Positions 50,131 through 63,624 of a DNA stretch of 64,000 nucleotides are shown here, one piece after another. Numbering within the stretch: position 1 is the first letter of the stretch; the number at the start of each line of letters is the position of its first letter. Both the position numbers and the translations under genes were made by a program. The notes under the pieces are model-generated. The model had not been told where the DNA came from. It saw only the letters and a program-made list of their open reading frames with translations, and did no database searches. The stretch is from Eledone cirrhosa (taxonomy: Eukaryota), in assembly GCA_964016885.1 (NCBI GenBank), contig OZ024743.1, positions 46,128,001 through 46,192,000 on the forward strand. The letters are read 5' to 3'.

Positions 50131-50202
<72 letters not shown>

Positions 50203-50205
<3 letters not shown>

Positions 50206-50306
50206 GAGTAGGACCCCGACTCGTTCCTATTACCCACTCTACTACCTTAAGTATTGAGTACTTTGGTGCGTTATGGTCCACCTGGTTCCTTACCACATTT
50301 CCTTCG

Positions 50307-50308
<2 letters not shown>
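50203..50308 (+). mobile_element. Fold-back family H, copy 3, hairpin centre deleted
   Basis: AACGAGTAGGACCCCG joined to ACTCGTTCCTA plus the shared tail. Confidence 0.85.
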
Positions 50309-50362
<54 letters not shown>

Positions 50363-51079
50363 TACATATATATGTATATATATGTATATGTATGTATACG
50401 TATATACAAACATATATATATATATATGTGTGTGTATATATATGCGGATGTCTGATTATAAACATAATATAAAGATTAGAGATGTCCTAAAATAGAATGA
50501 TTTAATCGTAGCTTTTTAGCTTGAAAGTGTTTTTATAGATTCATATTTATAACTTTCAACTGCGTACAACAGTATCTGCAAACGTTCTATATAAAATATA
50601 TATATTTCCTTAAAATAAAGTGCTTTCGTTGTGTAAATTCTTCGGTGGAATGTGTTTTTATCGACTGTAACAGGGTTTATTTTAAGGAAATTTTAGAACT
50701 GCACAAGTCTTTGAGACAGATGACATGACCCACTGCTTAAAATCCTCAAAGTTTGAAAAGTATTTGCAATAGCTATTTTTTAACATTTTATGCGTGTTTA
50801 CGTCTTTTAACCATCATTTATTATGCACGTGCATGTATTATTTGACACATGTAAACTTACTGCATAAAGTGAGATTTAGAACTGCACAAGCAGGGGTCAT
50901 TTTCACGTTAAAATAATCTGCCTCATAAATTTTTGACATTTCCTGAAACACTGATGATGTTATTGTGAAATAATATACTATTGATTCCATGTATAAAAGT
51001 CAAGAACATTCTTCGAAACCAGGTTCCCCCATCCGATTGGAGGGACGATGGGGCTACTCAGGTGTGAAGTGAACCTGTC

Positions 51080-51376
51080 ACTTTTATAAGAAATGAAATG
51101 TTGTGTTGGACCTCCATCTGTTCCGAGTATGAGTGTTCCAGTTGTTTGATCAACGGAACAGCCTATCTGTGAAATGTGCAAGTGTGCCCTCAACGTTGTT
51201 CTCGGGTAGAATCAGCATGGCATAGTATGTGACAAGGTTGGCCCTTTGAACCATAGGCACGACTCATTTTTTCTAGCCAAGTTTACTGGGGCAACGTGAA
51301 ATACAATGTCTTGTTCAGGGACACAAAATGCCACCACGAATTAAATTAACGAAAACCAAAGCAATTCGCCTTCACA
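51080..51376 (-). mobile_element. SINE family 1, degenerate
   Basis: GCAACGTGAAATACAATGTCTTGTTCAGGGACAC...CGCCTTCAC mirrors 17045-17165. Confidence 0.65.
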
Positions 51377-51949
51377 AGAAATGAAAATACATGGAATACT
51401 ACAAAAATACTTGTTCATTCAGGTTTCTGATTTATAAGTAATTAATCTTTATTGTCCATTTATTTTATATTTTGTTTATTAATTTATGTATTTACTTATT
51501 TATTTTTATACACACCTGGAATCGATTAGGAATCAATGATTTCATGAAAGGTCTGAAATGTTTGATCTCGACTTTAAACTGTTCACTTATTATATTTCTC
51601 TAGAAGCAGAGAGAAAGAAAACAAAAGGGAAAATAAAATGGATGACGAATCGAACACAGTACAGATCTAGGGCTTTATTTATCGACCTCGAAATGTTGAA
51701 AGACACAGAGAGGCAGAATTAATACCATATTGCAAAGCATCCGACCCGGCGTCCTAACGACTCTACCGATTTGCCACATTTTATCTTCATATATTAATAA
51801 TATAGAAAATCTATAGCAGAAATGACAGCTAGGATTTTCAATAGAAAGCGTTTATAATTCTATACATTAACAGAGTGAATTATGCTCTCAAGGGCTTAAA
51901 GTTTATGTAGTGACCTCTATTTCTCCCGTTTGTACAACACAGCATACAC

Positions 51950-51986
<37 letters not shown>

Positions 51987-52724
51987 TCCTCAAAAATTTT
52001 GATTATTTTCAAAATTATGTGAAAATCATTCGTCTTTCGTTAGAAATATAACGAAAGAGTTAATATATTAATTAGTGCTGTTCCGCTATTTCAACGTTCT
52101 AATATCAAAATCCACTCAAGTCAATAAAACTAAGCAGCTTTCATATATATTCAATCGACTAAATTATTTGTAGATTATGTGCGAAATCATTACATATACA
52201 TAATTAAATCTGAGTTATTAGATTCGGCTTTTACGGACATAATCAATAAAAAAGGAAATCGATATCCGAGAAAGAAATTACCGACAATATAACATCGAAG
52301 CTGCTTCATTGATTAACACTTACTTTACATATAATAACAAACTATATAATCATTGACATACATGTTAAGAAGGGGGTTATGTGTGGCAATTCCTGTTAGA
52401 ATCACAGTCCACAAGCAGAGTACAAAGCAACAAACGACTGACCACAGGTTCATGATCAGTGATGTGCCACTTGCGTATTGCTACCAGCAAAGGCAACTAA
52501 AGAAGGCTTTATTTATCTTGAGATTCAAACCTGAAACGCAGAGAGCTTCAAACAATACCATAATATTTTACTATAATATTTATGGGCCTAATTTTTTATT
52601 AGATATTTGCAAAAATGTGAGGAATTAGCACAGTTAGAGCGCCTGATAGAATATATCGCGGTATTTGTTCCGACTCTCTCCGCGCTGAGTTCGAAGCAAA
52701 CCAATCTATAGAACATTATTTTGA

Positions 52725-52903
52725 ATTGGCAGTATCGGTAGAGGGTCGGACGCCATGCTTTGCAGCAAAGCGTTACGGCCCTTTATGGTCTGAGTTCAAA
52801 TCCCACCGAGGTTAACTTTGCCTTTCATCCTTACGGGGTCGATAAAATAAAGCACCAGTAATACACTGGGATAATTGCTGTCCTTGTGCCAAAAGTAGAA
52901 ACA
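52725..52903 (+). mobile_element. Short tRNA-derived SINE, family 2
   Basis: TGGCAGTATCGG (A-box-like), GAGTTCAAATCC (B box), TTTGCCTTTCATCC...GGGGTCGATAAAATAAAGCACCAG. Confidence 0.85.
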
Positions 52904-53122
52904 ATTATTTTGTCTTCTCTCTGTTATCCAAACTATGCTGTTCAAAAGACTTTGCAGGCTTCAATGACAATGCAAAGGACTGTGTGGAGAAGTAGAAAGC
53001 TAATTTAATGACCACTATTCTTGCTTCGAGGAAAGGAAAAGTGGTAAGAGGTTTATAACAACAAGCAATAGAATAGAAATCCAGACGTCAATTGCTTCTT
53101 TTACCAATGGCTGTTGGTTAAT

Positions 53123-53282
<160 letters not shown>

Positions 53283-53656
53283 GTTTTTCAATTGCAATAA
53301 ATTATAAATGTTATAAAGGCCGGAAAGTAAATCCCTCCAATTTAAATATTTGAATAAATGATCAAAATCATTTAATCTAACCTTGGTTATCATATAATGA
53401 ATTATCCATCATATTGAACCAGCATCATAGAAATATAATATAAAGAGCAAAATAAGCTACTTGACAAAGCATAGCATTTTCTCTCTTTGCTAATTACTAT
53501 CAATTTATTAGGCTTTATTCTAAGCACATTTAATTTCCGTTGTCAAGTATAGAGATAATCAATAAATTAGACTCTAAACTACAAACTATTATGACTTTTA
53601 AAAATGTGAAGATAACGACATGCTTAGACGGTAATATGTGTGTGTGTGTGTATACT

Positions 53657-53763
53657 GAGTAGAAAAGTGGCAGTGACTTCGAAATTACGGCTTGGACGCT
53701 TCATATGAAAACCAGATAAAGCGACTAAGATGAAAGTTGGAAGTCACTGCCACTTTTATACTC
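53657..53763. mobile_element. MITE-like element with ~27-bp imperfect inverted repeats
   Basis: GAGTAGAAAAGTGGCAGTGACTTCGAA / TTGGAAGTCACTGCCACTTTTATACTC; third arm near 53888. Confidence 0.55.
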
Positions 53764-54129
53764 GGACAAATAATACAATTTCCCTGTGTTGGCTGTTTTA
53801 AATACAAGTGTACATAAAACGTCCAAATATTAACTGAATGAGCATTCAATACATGTGAACAGAGTGCTAGATTTATTTTCTGAAGAAAAAAGTGGTAGTG
53901 ACTTCGAAGTTTCAGCGAGTGCCTCTTCTGAATGTATGGAAGTTCTTTTAGTTCTGTTACTGGGGTGAAGGTTTTTCGAGGTTATTTTTTCCTTATTAGT
54001 GATCAGTGGGTAGGGTCATATGGAGAGAAGGGATGTTTTCCATTTAATTCTTGTTGACTTTATAGCATTAATTAATAAACAATGTTTGTTTTACGTATAG
54101 ACAGATAGATAGAGAGATAGATAGATAAA

Positions 54130-57100
54130 TTTCTATTTATTTGCCACCAGGGCATCGAAGATTGGGACAAATACAAGGGGGGAGTTTACATACATTGCAA
54201 AGGACGTGTAAAAACATATAACAAATTAAATTCAACAATCGAAGTCCTCGAAATTCAACAATCGAAGTCCCCGAAAGAAATGTGCAACCCTCCTCCTCGG
54301 GAGCAAAAAGAGCGGGTGCTCCTTTCCTCTCCTCCTTCTTCTCTTCTCTCACCTACAGGCTGATATAGAGAGAAGGCCCATTGACTCGGGCCATTCTCGC
54401 CACTTTCACCCACCTTTCATAAAACTTGCTGGGGTAGAGCACCTCTCTCTCCATTCTGATCCTTCTTCTAAAATTGTACTTGAAAAAAAGGACCAGTTGT
54501 TGGCCGGAGAGAAAAGTGTCTGACCTCAGCCCTTTCAACCTCGTCCACCATACAACCTCTTTCGCCATAGCTATCACACAGAGGAAAACCGCCTCTCCTT
54601 CGTATTTGAAGGGAGGAGGCGGTTTGATTGTGACAATGTACTCGGTGGTCAACCGGATTGGTCCCACCCGCGACAGTAGTCGTTCCACATAGCCCCACAG
54701 GTCAGCAACGCCCGGGCAGTGTACGAATGCGTGCACGACGGTTTCCTCGTCACGCACGCATCTCGGACAGATCTTCTTCGAGGGGTCCCTACCCGGGCGC
54801 CCGTGTCTGTAGAGCTTGTCCCGAACGGGTAGAGCTCCTCGGTAGCACTGCCAAGCCAGGGACTTTTGGAAGTTGTCCATCGGTCTCGGGCCAAACGTCC
54901 TACCGAACAGACTGGCTAGCTCGTCTTCCTCCATACCCAGAGCCTCTCCGGGAGCGTCGTCGCACTTGCTGCGCACCAACCCTCTATAGAATGTTGAGGT
55001 GGAGTCTCCACTGATTGCCGGATCCGCTTGCCAGAGGGCCGCGAGCGCCTGAGCACATTCAATTTGCCAGTCGCCCACTTTTCTCGCTCTTTGCTTGGCC
55101 CAGGATTGCAGCTCGTTGAGTGAGACGAGTCTCGGAAAGGCTCGCCTCACAAAAGGGACCCACACCGACTGACCGGTGAGGAATACCTGGAGGTGCCGTA
55201 GCCTTAATGCGTGTCTACGCATCGTCAGCCACGGCATCCCCAGCCCTCCGTTCGAAGGGTGTTGACAGCAGATAGATCACCAAAGGAGCCCACTTCTTCC
55301 AAAGGAATCGGAAGAGCGCGCGCCCTATTTTGGCGAGCGTTTTCGCTGAGCAAGGCACGACTGTCAAGTGGTAGTAGATGACGGACGCTATATAAGTGTT
55401 CGCCACCTCCGCTCGACCTTTCAGGAATAGTTTGCACTCGGCCCACTTCTGAGCGAGTGCAAACACCCTGCCCGTTAACTCGTCCCAGTTTTTCTCCACC
55501 TGGAGGTCGGATCCGAACCAGACCCCGTGCAGCTTCACCGGTGCCGATCTGCCCGATTTCCGAGGCGCACGACACCATTACTGTCACGTCATCGGCGTAG
55601 GCCGACACCGCTTTCCGCAATCCCGGTTCCAAGGGGATGCCCTGTAACAGCTTCAACTTCCGCAGTAGTGGCTCGAGAACCAGCACATACAGAAGGGAGG
55701 AGAGAGGGCATACCTGTCGGATGGATCGCGTGATTTGGAACGGCTCCTAGAGGTAGCCATTCACCTTGACCCTCGAGCAGGTGTTGCTGCTGTGCATTGC
55801 AGCAATCCAGCCCCTGAAAACGAGTCCGAAGCCTGCCGCCGCGAACACCGCATCCAGGTACCGATGGTCGACCCTATCGAACACCTTAGATTGATCCAAG
55901 TTGATCAGGGCCCCACCGAAGCCGGGTTTACACCCTACCCTCTCTATGATGTATCGCATGAAGTGGAGGTTGTCGTGTATGGACCTGGACGAGATTGCGC
56001 ATGTCTGCGCTTCTCCCACCAGGTTCCCGACGACAAGCGCCAACCTCTTCGCTAACACCTTGGCCAAAATCTTTAACTCTGTGTTTAGCAGAGTTATGGG
56101 CCTGAAGTTATCTATGTCACCCCCCTTGTTCTCGTCCTTCCTCACCAGCGTGACTACGCCCTTGGTCACAGAACTGGGAATTCTCTCGTTCTGTTGCCAG
56201 TTGCAGTAGACCACCTCGAGGAGATCGGAGAACAAGTCCGGCATCACTACATAAAGTTCGTATGGTAGACCATCGAGACCAGGAGATTTGCGTTTGCCGC
56301 ATTGGCTCAGCGCTTCCCCTATTTCAGCGGCTGAAATCGGCCTTTCGCAGGACTTCGCCTCCCCGTCCGAGAGCCGCGGCAGACCGTCGAGGTATGGACC
56401 GAAATCCATGGCCTGACCCGGACCCCCGCCCCTCCCGAATAGTCGTGCAATGCGCCGTTGAAAGGCCGCGCACATCCGCTCAGGTTCAAGGATCATGCGT
56501 CCATTCTGGTCCTTCAAAAACCGAATCGTGGACTTGTTTCCACTTTTTGCTTCTGTCACTCGGGCCCAGCTAACAGCTTTGGCTCCCTCGTTACCCAGAG
56601 CACGTATTTTATTCCTGACAACGCAGCCCACGTGCTTCGCATCAAAGAACTGGTCTAGGGCCGTTCTTGACGCCAGCACGCCGGCCACGTTGCCACTCCT
56701 AATCGCTTCTTCTACTCTATCTATCAATTCCTTTTCAGTTCTATTCCTATCTGATGCTAATTCCTGACTAAAACCTATCGATTCTATTCTAATTTCTCTC
56801 TTGAGATATCTCCACCACCTGCTGTTGACAATTGCCCCCGTCAACCGCTGCTTAACTAGAGTGCTAATCCGCTTACTGTAAGCTTTGTTTGTCGGTAAGG
56901 ACAAGTTTAGCTTCCAGTAACCGGGTCCTTGTCTATGGGTTCTATCAAGGTTGATCACTCCGGTCACCAACTTGTGATCCGAATAGTCAACCATGAACAT
57001 TCGTGGACAGCTTAATATGTCCCTATCCTTATTTCTAACTAGGAACCTATCTAGGTACGACCTAGATGTTCCGCTAAGATTAGTCCACGTCCACAGTGGC

Positions 57101-59773
57101 ACAGTCGGAAAATCTAGTCGATATCTATCGGCCAGATCAAATCGGCCGATTAACCGTTTGAGGCTGTTACACCTCCCTCTATTGGGACATGCCCCTACAT
57201 AGTCCCAACGTGCATCCAGGATACCATTCCAGTCCCCCACTAAAAGCAAGGAGCGAGACGTTCCCAGAAAAGCCTCTAGGCGCTGGAAGAAGTCTGGTCG
57301 CGGTGTCCCAGATGGGGCATACGCTGCCACCAGCCTGAAGGCTCCACCTTCACTACTGCCGACGTCTAGAACCACCAGTCGACCCTCCGGGTCCAGGTAT
57401 ACCATCCGTCTTGCGAGGCCCAGGTGTTTTCGCAGCAGAACGACCACCCCACCCCCACCCACCCACCCACCCCGGATGACAGAGAGATGCATAGATCTCA
57501 AAGTCGTCGAAGATGGGGGCCAGTTGGTGCTCGCTGCTGATCCTGGACTCGCAAATAGCTATCACATCCATTCTATGCGACCTGAGTTCATTTAAGAGTT
57601 TGCCCTGCTTCCAGGACATCCCCAGGCTACGCACATTTAAACATCCAACTCTTATAACAGCCATGTTGGTGGTGAAGAGTTTAGAATGGAGAAAAAGGAA
57701 AAGACACCTACCTGTCCTTCTCCTGGGGACCAGGCTGCACAATTTCCATGGGTTTGTCGGCGAGGTTGTTTGGTGGGGGGGGGGGGACATCAGTGTGGGG
57801 TGGGTGGGGGTGTTTGGTGGTGGAGGGTGTCTGGGGTGGGGGGGTGAAAGATTTTAGAGGACGCGGTTGCTAGGTCTAGTACAGGGATTCCCCACGTCCT
57901 CGAGAAAGTTTTGTTTGAGCATTGCGTAGGTGTCCCTTGGGACCCTAATCATTTTTAAATGCGGTTTAGTCGCCGCGTTAGTGAACGTTTTCCACTCGGT
58001 GGAAACCGAAGGTTTTTGTCTATTGTTTGCTCAAGTGTTCTGTTGTTTGTGTTGATGTATGTATATTGTTTTTGTTGTGTTGTGTTTGTTTTTGTTTGTT
58101 GTTCTTGTGTGTGTTTGCATTTTGTAGTATGTGTTATGTTTTCGGGAGGGGTGGGTTTTTTTTGTTTGTTCTGTTTGTTCTGTTTGTTCTGTTTGTTCTG
58201 TTTGTGTGTTTGTTGCATTTTTGTTAATGTGGTGCCTTCTTTTCTTTCTTTTTACAGGTTGAAAGGGTTCTCCTTCGTCGTCACTGGGTGACGTCGATAA
58301 GGGGTCCTCGTCCGTGTTGTTGGGGAGAGATATATTTTGGGATTTTGTTGTGGTTGCTTTTATATTTGTTTTAGGTGGGGAGGGATTGGGTGGAACAGTG
58401 TCTTGTGTTGTTATTTTTTCGTGTTGTTGTGGTTGTTGTTGTGGTGGTGGTGGTGGTGGTGGTGGTGGTGGTGGTGGTGGTGGTGGTGGTGGTTGTTGTG
58501 TTGTTGTGTGTGGGGTGGCCAGAAGCATCTTTTTGGGGGGGGGGCATTTAAAATGGGACAGGAAGCCCTCAGGTGACCACTTCTTGAACAGTGGTAGCAT
58601 GAAGGCCGCCTGCCCTAAACAGAAATGTTTATGAAGGCGACTCCATCCAGGGACACACGCTGCGGTATTCTTGTTATCCGTTCTGGTCTCATTTGGACCA
58701 GAACTTCAAGGCTATTGCCGCCGAATACGCCCTCGGCGGATTCGCCTATCGAAAGGATTGTGTCCTCATCTTCTAAGAATCCCGTTAGCACCCACCAAAT
58801 GCTCGTATTTGGCCTGATGCTCGAGATTCTTATCTTTTGAGTTCTTTTCCCCAAATATGTGGGGGAAAGAGTGTATGCTTTGGATACAATTGGCGACACA
58901 GAATATTTCCGTGCCGCCAATTCATCTTGCATTAAAACAGATATGCTTCCATACAGTTTCCCTTTCTGTATGAAAGCGATATCCTTTCAGGCACTACTTA
59001 GGACCAGTTCAATTTCGCTTTGGGACAATTGAGTCGGTTTCCTAGTCGTGTTCGAAACTGTCCTATATATTACGGTCCTGAGGACTGTGTCCCTTCTAAT
59101 TTCTTCGGGGGAGGTAATTGTGAATTCCCCACCTTCCCCGAAATTTACACAATTCCTTGCTTCTTTCAGCAATTTCTTGGCATTCGAGATGTCCAGTGCC
59201 TTGTATGTCTGCGTTTCTCGGACCGCCTGTGCGAAGGAGACTGCAGCTGTGGGTCCGTTTTCTTTCGTGTTGTTATAATTGTTATTGTTATTCGTGTTGG
59301 CTTGCTTTTATCCTTTGTTGGTGTTGCCATTATTGCTGTTGTTGGTTGTGTTGTTATTGTCATTGTTGCTGTTGTTGGTTGTGTTGTCATTGTTGTTCTT
59401 GTTTGTGTAATTGTTACTTTTGTGGTTTTCACCCATTTCCACAATTTTGTCTTTTGATTCCGTGGTGTCTTTTGCGGGAGTGAGGAGGGAAGGCTTACAG
59501 TATTGTGCTGCTACCTTCTCTCTACCACTTTCCTTGGGGGCGTGGCATGCGTCGTATTAATGGCGTCCATTTTCACTAAACGACTTTTTATCGACAACTT
59601 ATAACTATTAAATTTCGCCCCAAAAAGGAGCGAAATTTATTTTACCCAACGTCTGCAGGTCCAGGCGATGGTTTAAACACAACAAATAACAAGTTACTTA
59701 AACAAACCTACCGCTTCTCGTAATAAATTCCGACAAAATGCAGGAGCGAAACAAAAACACGTCTATCTTCTCC
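54130..59773 (-). mobile_element. Tx1-like LINE, family D copy 2, full length but disrupted, between (GATA)n tracts
   Basis: ORF1 from ~59570 (GRRPSCYHCSRSGHLRASCP); ORF2 57664-54353 with AYADD and CPRC...ETVVHAFVHC; GATA repeats at 54097-54127 and from 59774. Confidence 0.92.
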
Positions 59774-59774
59774 G

Positions 59775-59841
<67 letters not shown>

Positions 59842-59910
59842 CAGACAGACAAGCAGATAGATAAATAGATAGGGGGAGAGGGAGAGAGGGAGAGAGAGAG
59901 AGAGATGGAT
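59774..59910. repeat. (GATA)n/(GA)n microsatellite
   Basis: Direct reading. Confidence 0.97.
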
Positions 59911-60146
59911 AGAAAGAAATGCAGATATCGATATAGACATTATTTTACAAAGAAATAGTTCAACTGACTTTGGGCCGTAATAGGTCACAGTAGACTGATG
60001 ATGTCTATTACATCCACCCTTACTCTTAGTGGTATTTCTTCGTGCAGTAGAACAACTTGCTAGAAATAGCAGCTAAATGTCTCTTAAATTAAACCCTACC
60101 ATCTTCAATTGGAGGAAAGACACGTTAAACAAAACGCGGGATAATA

Positions 60147-60349
60147 TACGAGGGTCGGTTGAAATGTTCATAGGCTAACCAAGATACTCTCATGAAATGA
60201 CCAAATGGGGTGTTTTTTTTCAACATAGTCCCTGGAAAGAAACAGTGCAGTTATCAATAAGAAGAGTTGACATTAATGCATGCAAGATTTCACAGTTTTA
60301 GCATCACTCCTTCGAAGTCAATCTGTGAAGTTTTCAGCCTACCCTCGTA
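60147..60349. mobile_element. Mariner-type MITE with TA target duplication
   Basis: TA-CGAGGGTCGGTTGAAA ... TTTCAGCCTACCCTCG-TA. Confidence 0.8.
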
Positions 60350-60518
60350 TGTTATATAAACTAAAACTAAAAGACCACCTGGAGACAAAACAAAGTTCTT
60401 TCAGTATTCGATATTTTATAACGTTCGATTTTACTTATAAATATTAAAAGTTATTAAAAGTCTTAAAGTCATTTCACTATTTTCTTTTCGGAAACATTGA
60501 CCAACGTCACTTTCTATA

Positions 60519-61090
60519 TACAGGATTATTCAGTTCTTTGAGGACATGTGCATGAAGTTAGTAAAAGACGCATAATCTTGAGACACTTCGTGATACATCT
60601 ACTTAGTAAATCCGCCGTGATCATCGATGACTGCTTCAAAAGGAGGTATTGATATGCTCGAATCAGATGATCTTAATCTATTTTGGACATTGTACTAGTT
60701 ATGGCGGACTTCAAAGATTTTATAGTGTTATAGGACGTTGATTGATTTCTCTTTTGCCTACACTCCATACCTAGTAGTCGAACGGATTCATGTCAGGTGA
60801 ACTAGGAGGTCATATTTTGTTTGGAGGTGACACGATAGTGGAGATTGTAACTTATCCATTCTTGGCTCATCTTGACCTTATGAGACGGCATAGAGTCTTG
60901 TTGGTTTGTGTACGATATTCCTTTGTCAAGCCCGCCATCCAAAGCCTAGCAACCCTCTCCAACATCTCTTTACAATCAGTAGCATTGACCCTTAAGCCCC
61001 GAGGAAAGATGTGAAGATACATGACATTTCCCTCGTTGTTCACGGGTCCTACAACCTTCAAAGTAGCCAGAAACGCAAGAAACAAGGCTT
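60519..61090 (-). pseudogene. Tc1/mariner-superfamily transposase relic (DD37D/maT-like)
   Basis: VVGPVNNEGNVMYLHIFPRGLRVN...QQDSMPSHK...QEW...*PPSSPDMNPFDY*VWSV. Confidence 0.75.
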
Positions 61091-61489
61091 GTCTCTTCAA
61101 CCAACCACTATAGAATACGTAATCTGGTTTGATATTAGGGTAGTACTGGGCCTATATTTGCATCGGTAGCTCATAAAACTATATCTACTAGACAATAAAC
61201 AACGCGAGAAACTAAAAGACACACCACGTGTGTCTTTCAACAAACTAGGGAAATACGATATCAAGAAAAACAATGTACCCGCAAAAATATCAATAACAGA
61301 CAGTAGGGCGTTGGAAAGAAACTCAAAGTTGACAAAATGAAAAGATTCTTTTAATGTAAATACGAAACAAAAAAAATGAGACAAATACAATTTGTGTTGG
61401 GACTGAAAGACAGAAAGGAGAGGGTTTAGTGTTTTTACGATATAGAGAAGAGAATAAAGAGAGGAGAATCGACGGTGCAACTACTAGGG

Positions 61490-61640
61490 TAGTCGGTCAG
61501 AGACATGGTACTGTCACGGTCGTTCAGAGACATGGTAGTGTCACAGTCGGTCAGAGTACTGCAGTCGGTCAGAGACATGGTACTGCCACAGTTGGTCAGA
61601 GCACTGCAGTCGGTCAGAGACATGGTACTGCCACGGTCAA
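61490..61640. repeat. Imperfect minisatellite built on GTCGGTCAGAGACATGGTACTG
   Basis: Head-to-tail units of ~27 and ~18 bp. Confidence 0.85.
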
Positions 61641-61774
61641 TGAGAAAAACGTTGGAACCTTTATGTGACTTCCCAAGGATCGTATTTTGAAGAAATAAGT
61701 TTTATAATTTTATGTACGTCTAACATACATTTAAATAAAACATCAGTACCGTTTCTTTTGGGAGAACCCTGGTA
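61640..61774 (+). mobile_element. Mariner 3' remnant (transposase C-terminus and right end)
   Basis: KRWNLYVTSQGSYFEE resembles the mariner C-terminal RW......G.YFE; ends GAACCCTGG-TA. Confidence 0.55.
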
Positions 61775-61788
61775 TATATATATATATA

Positions 61789-61925
61789 TGAAAAAGTATG
61801 ACCCCGACGACTTGAGCTCTGCCGTCGGGGTCATACTTTTTCCTATTACCCACTCTACTACCCTAAGTAGTGAGTACTCTGGTGCGTTATGGTCCATCTG
61901 GTTCCTTACCACAACTCCTTCGTTA
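61789..61925 (+). mobile_element. Fold-back family H, copy 4 (short hairpin)
   Basis: GAAAAAGTATGACCCCGACG / CGTCGGGGTCATACTTTTTC plus the shared tail, in (TA)n. Confidence 0.85.
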
Positions 61926-61946
61926 TATATATATATATATATATAT

Positions 61947-62640
61947 ATGTAAGTATGTATGTATACGTACATACATATATGTATACAGACGTACAGTAGC
62001 ATGTATATATATACATACAGGCACACATATATATATGCACGTATCAGTTTACCGAACATTTATTATAATGCTCGGTTTGTTCGTTTGTAAACAAACAAAC
62101 AGCCTGAATTACGCCGTACAGTGTTTAGGCAACCACGTCACCTTTTTTTTTTTTTTTTTTTTGTTCAACACTGACACAGGAACGATGTACTAGTTTCAAG
62201 CTTATTAGCTATCGTCAGCACCGTATACCTTTCTGCCAGATGGTTGAACGTCCGAAAGTATATACTTTCCTTATGAAAATTAACGGCTGAGCAGCCCAAT
62301 TTGCATATCGAGTGAGTTCAGTCGGCCAGGCGCACCGAAAACGATAAATGGAATAGAATGAAACGAAATTTCATTTCTCACTCTTAGTACGGCACTTACT
62401 TAAATGTAAGTATGTATGTATACGTACATACATATATGTATACAGACGTACAGTAGCATGTATATATATACATACAGGCACACATATATATGCACGTATG
62501 AGTTTACCGAACATTTATTATAATGCTCGGTTTGTTCGTTTGTAAACAAACAAACAGCCTGAATTACGTCGTACAATGTTTAGGCAACCACGTCACCTTT
62601 TTGTTCAACACTGACACAGGAACGATGTACTAGTTTCAAG

Positions 62641-62644
<4 letters not shown>
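61947..62644. repeat. Direct duplication of ~250 bp (61947-62204 and 62404-62644)
   Basis: Near-identical apart from poly-T length and a few substitutions. Confidence 0.9.
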
Positions 62645-62676
<32 letters not shown>

Positions 62677-62681
<5 letters not shown>

Positions 62682-62785
62682 CGATGATTTGATCAGAGAG
62701 ACACACTGTATTTAAGGTCGAGTGACGCAATTTCGAGTGATTAGCGGCCTTTAGACTCACCTGATCAATGAAACAATTGTTAATA
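62677..62785 (+). ncRNA. Hammerhead-like motif with U4C core change and long stem II insert
   Basis: TATT-CCGATGA-T-TTGATCAG...CTGATCAA-T-GAA-ACAATTGT-T-AATA; starts a ~325-bp TA-flanked island ending at 63002. Confidence 0.6.
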
Positions 62786-63424
62786 CTGTAAATAAAACCC
62801 TTTTTCTACAGCCGACCATGTTGTTCTTCACTCTTTCACTACTATTACTCTAAGAATGACCTACATGGGAATTCTCGTAAACTCACTGCCTAACTAAGGA
62901 AACCTCTTGTTGAGGCAAACAACGCCGTGCGTTAAAACTATCCATAGTACAGAGTACTCACAACCTCTAACTGGATTACCCAAAACGATAACATGTTATC
63001 CCATATATATATATATATATATATATATGCGTGTGTGTGGGTGTGTATGCGTGCGTGTGTGTGTGCGTGCGCGCGTGTGTGTATGTGTTACGCAAACAAC
63101 TAACAAACCGCTCGAGTGGCGGTGTTCCTACTGGTATATAAAATTAAACTGTAGGAATGTATTATTATCAGACGATATTGTATAATATAACTATATGGAA
63201 ACTTTATTTAAACGATTGTAATTTGCATAGGCACCAATGATTCCTAAGATCGTATCATAGTTTGATATCTCTATTTAGTATTAGAGTTTGGGAAAACTCT
63301 AAATTCTTGTTCGAAAACTATAAAAAAAAATACTATAAGTGACAGACGCTGATTTTAATCACTTGCTTATCAGTAGATTCACCGCATTTAAAAACAGACT
63401 AAGGGACTAGGATGACAATAATGG

Positions 63425-63622
63425 TTTCTTATATAGACACAAGGCCAGTAATTTTGGGGGAGGGGAAAGTTGATTAAATCGACCCCAGTACGTGACTGGT
63501 ACTTTATTTTATCGACTCTGTAAGGATGAAAGGCAAAGTTAACCTCGGCGGGATTTGAACTCAGATCATAAAGGGCCGTAACTCTATACCGTGAAGCATG
63601 GTGTCCAACGGTCTACCGATTC
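63425..63622 (-). mobile_element. Short SINE, family 2
   Basis: GGATGAAAGGCAAAGTTAACCTCGGCGGGATTTGAACTCAGA shared with 48283-48460. Confidence 0.85.
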
Positions 63623-63624
63623 TT

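Noticed and set aside
50951-50978. CTGATGA...GAAA hammerhead-like string
   Set aside because: The intervening TGTTATTGT cannot form stem II and there is no stem I
59995-60030. CTGATGA motif
   Set aside because: No GAAA or supporting helices nearby
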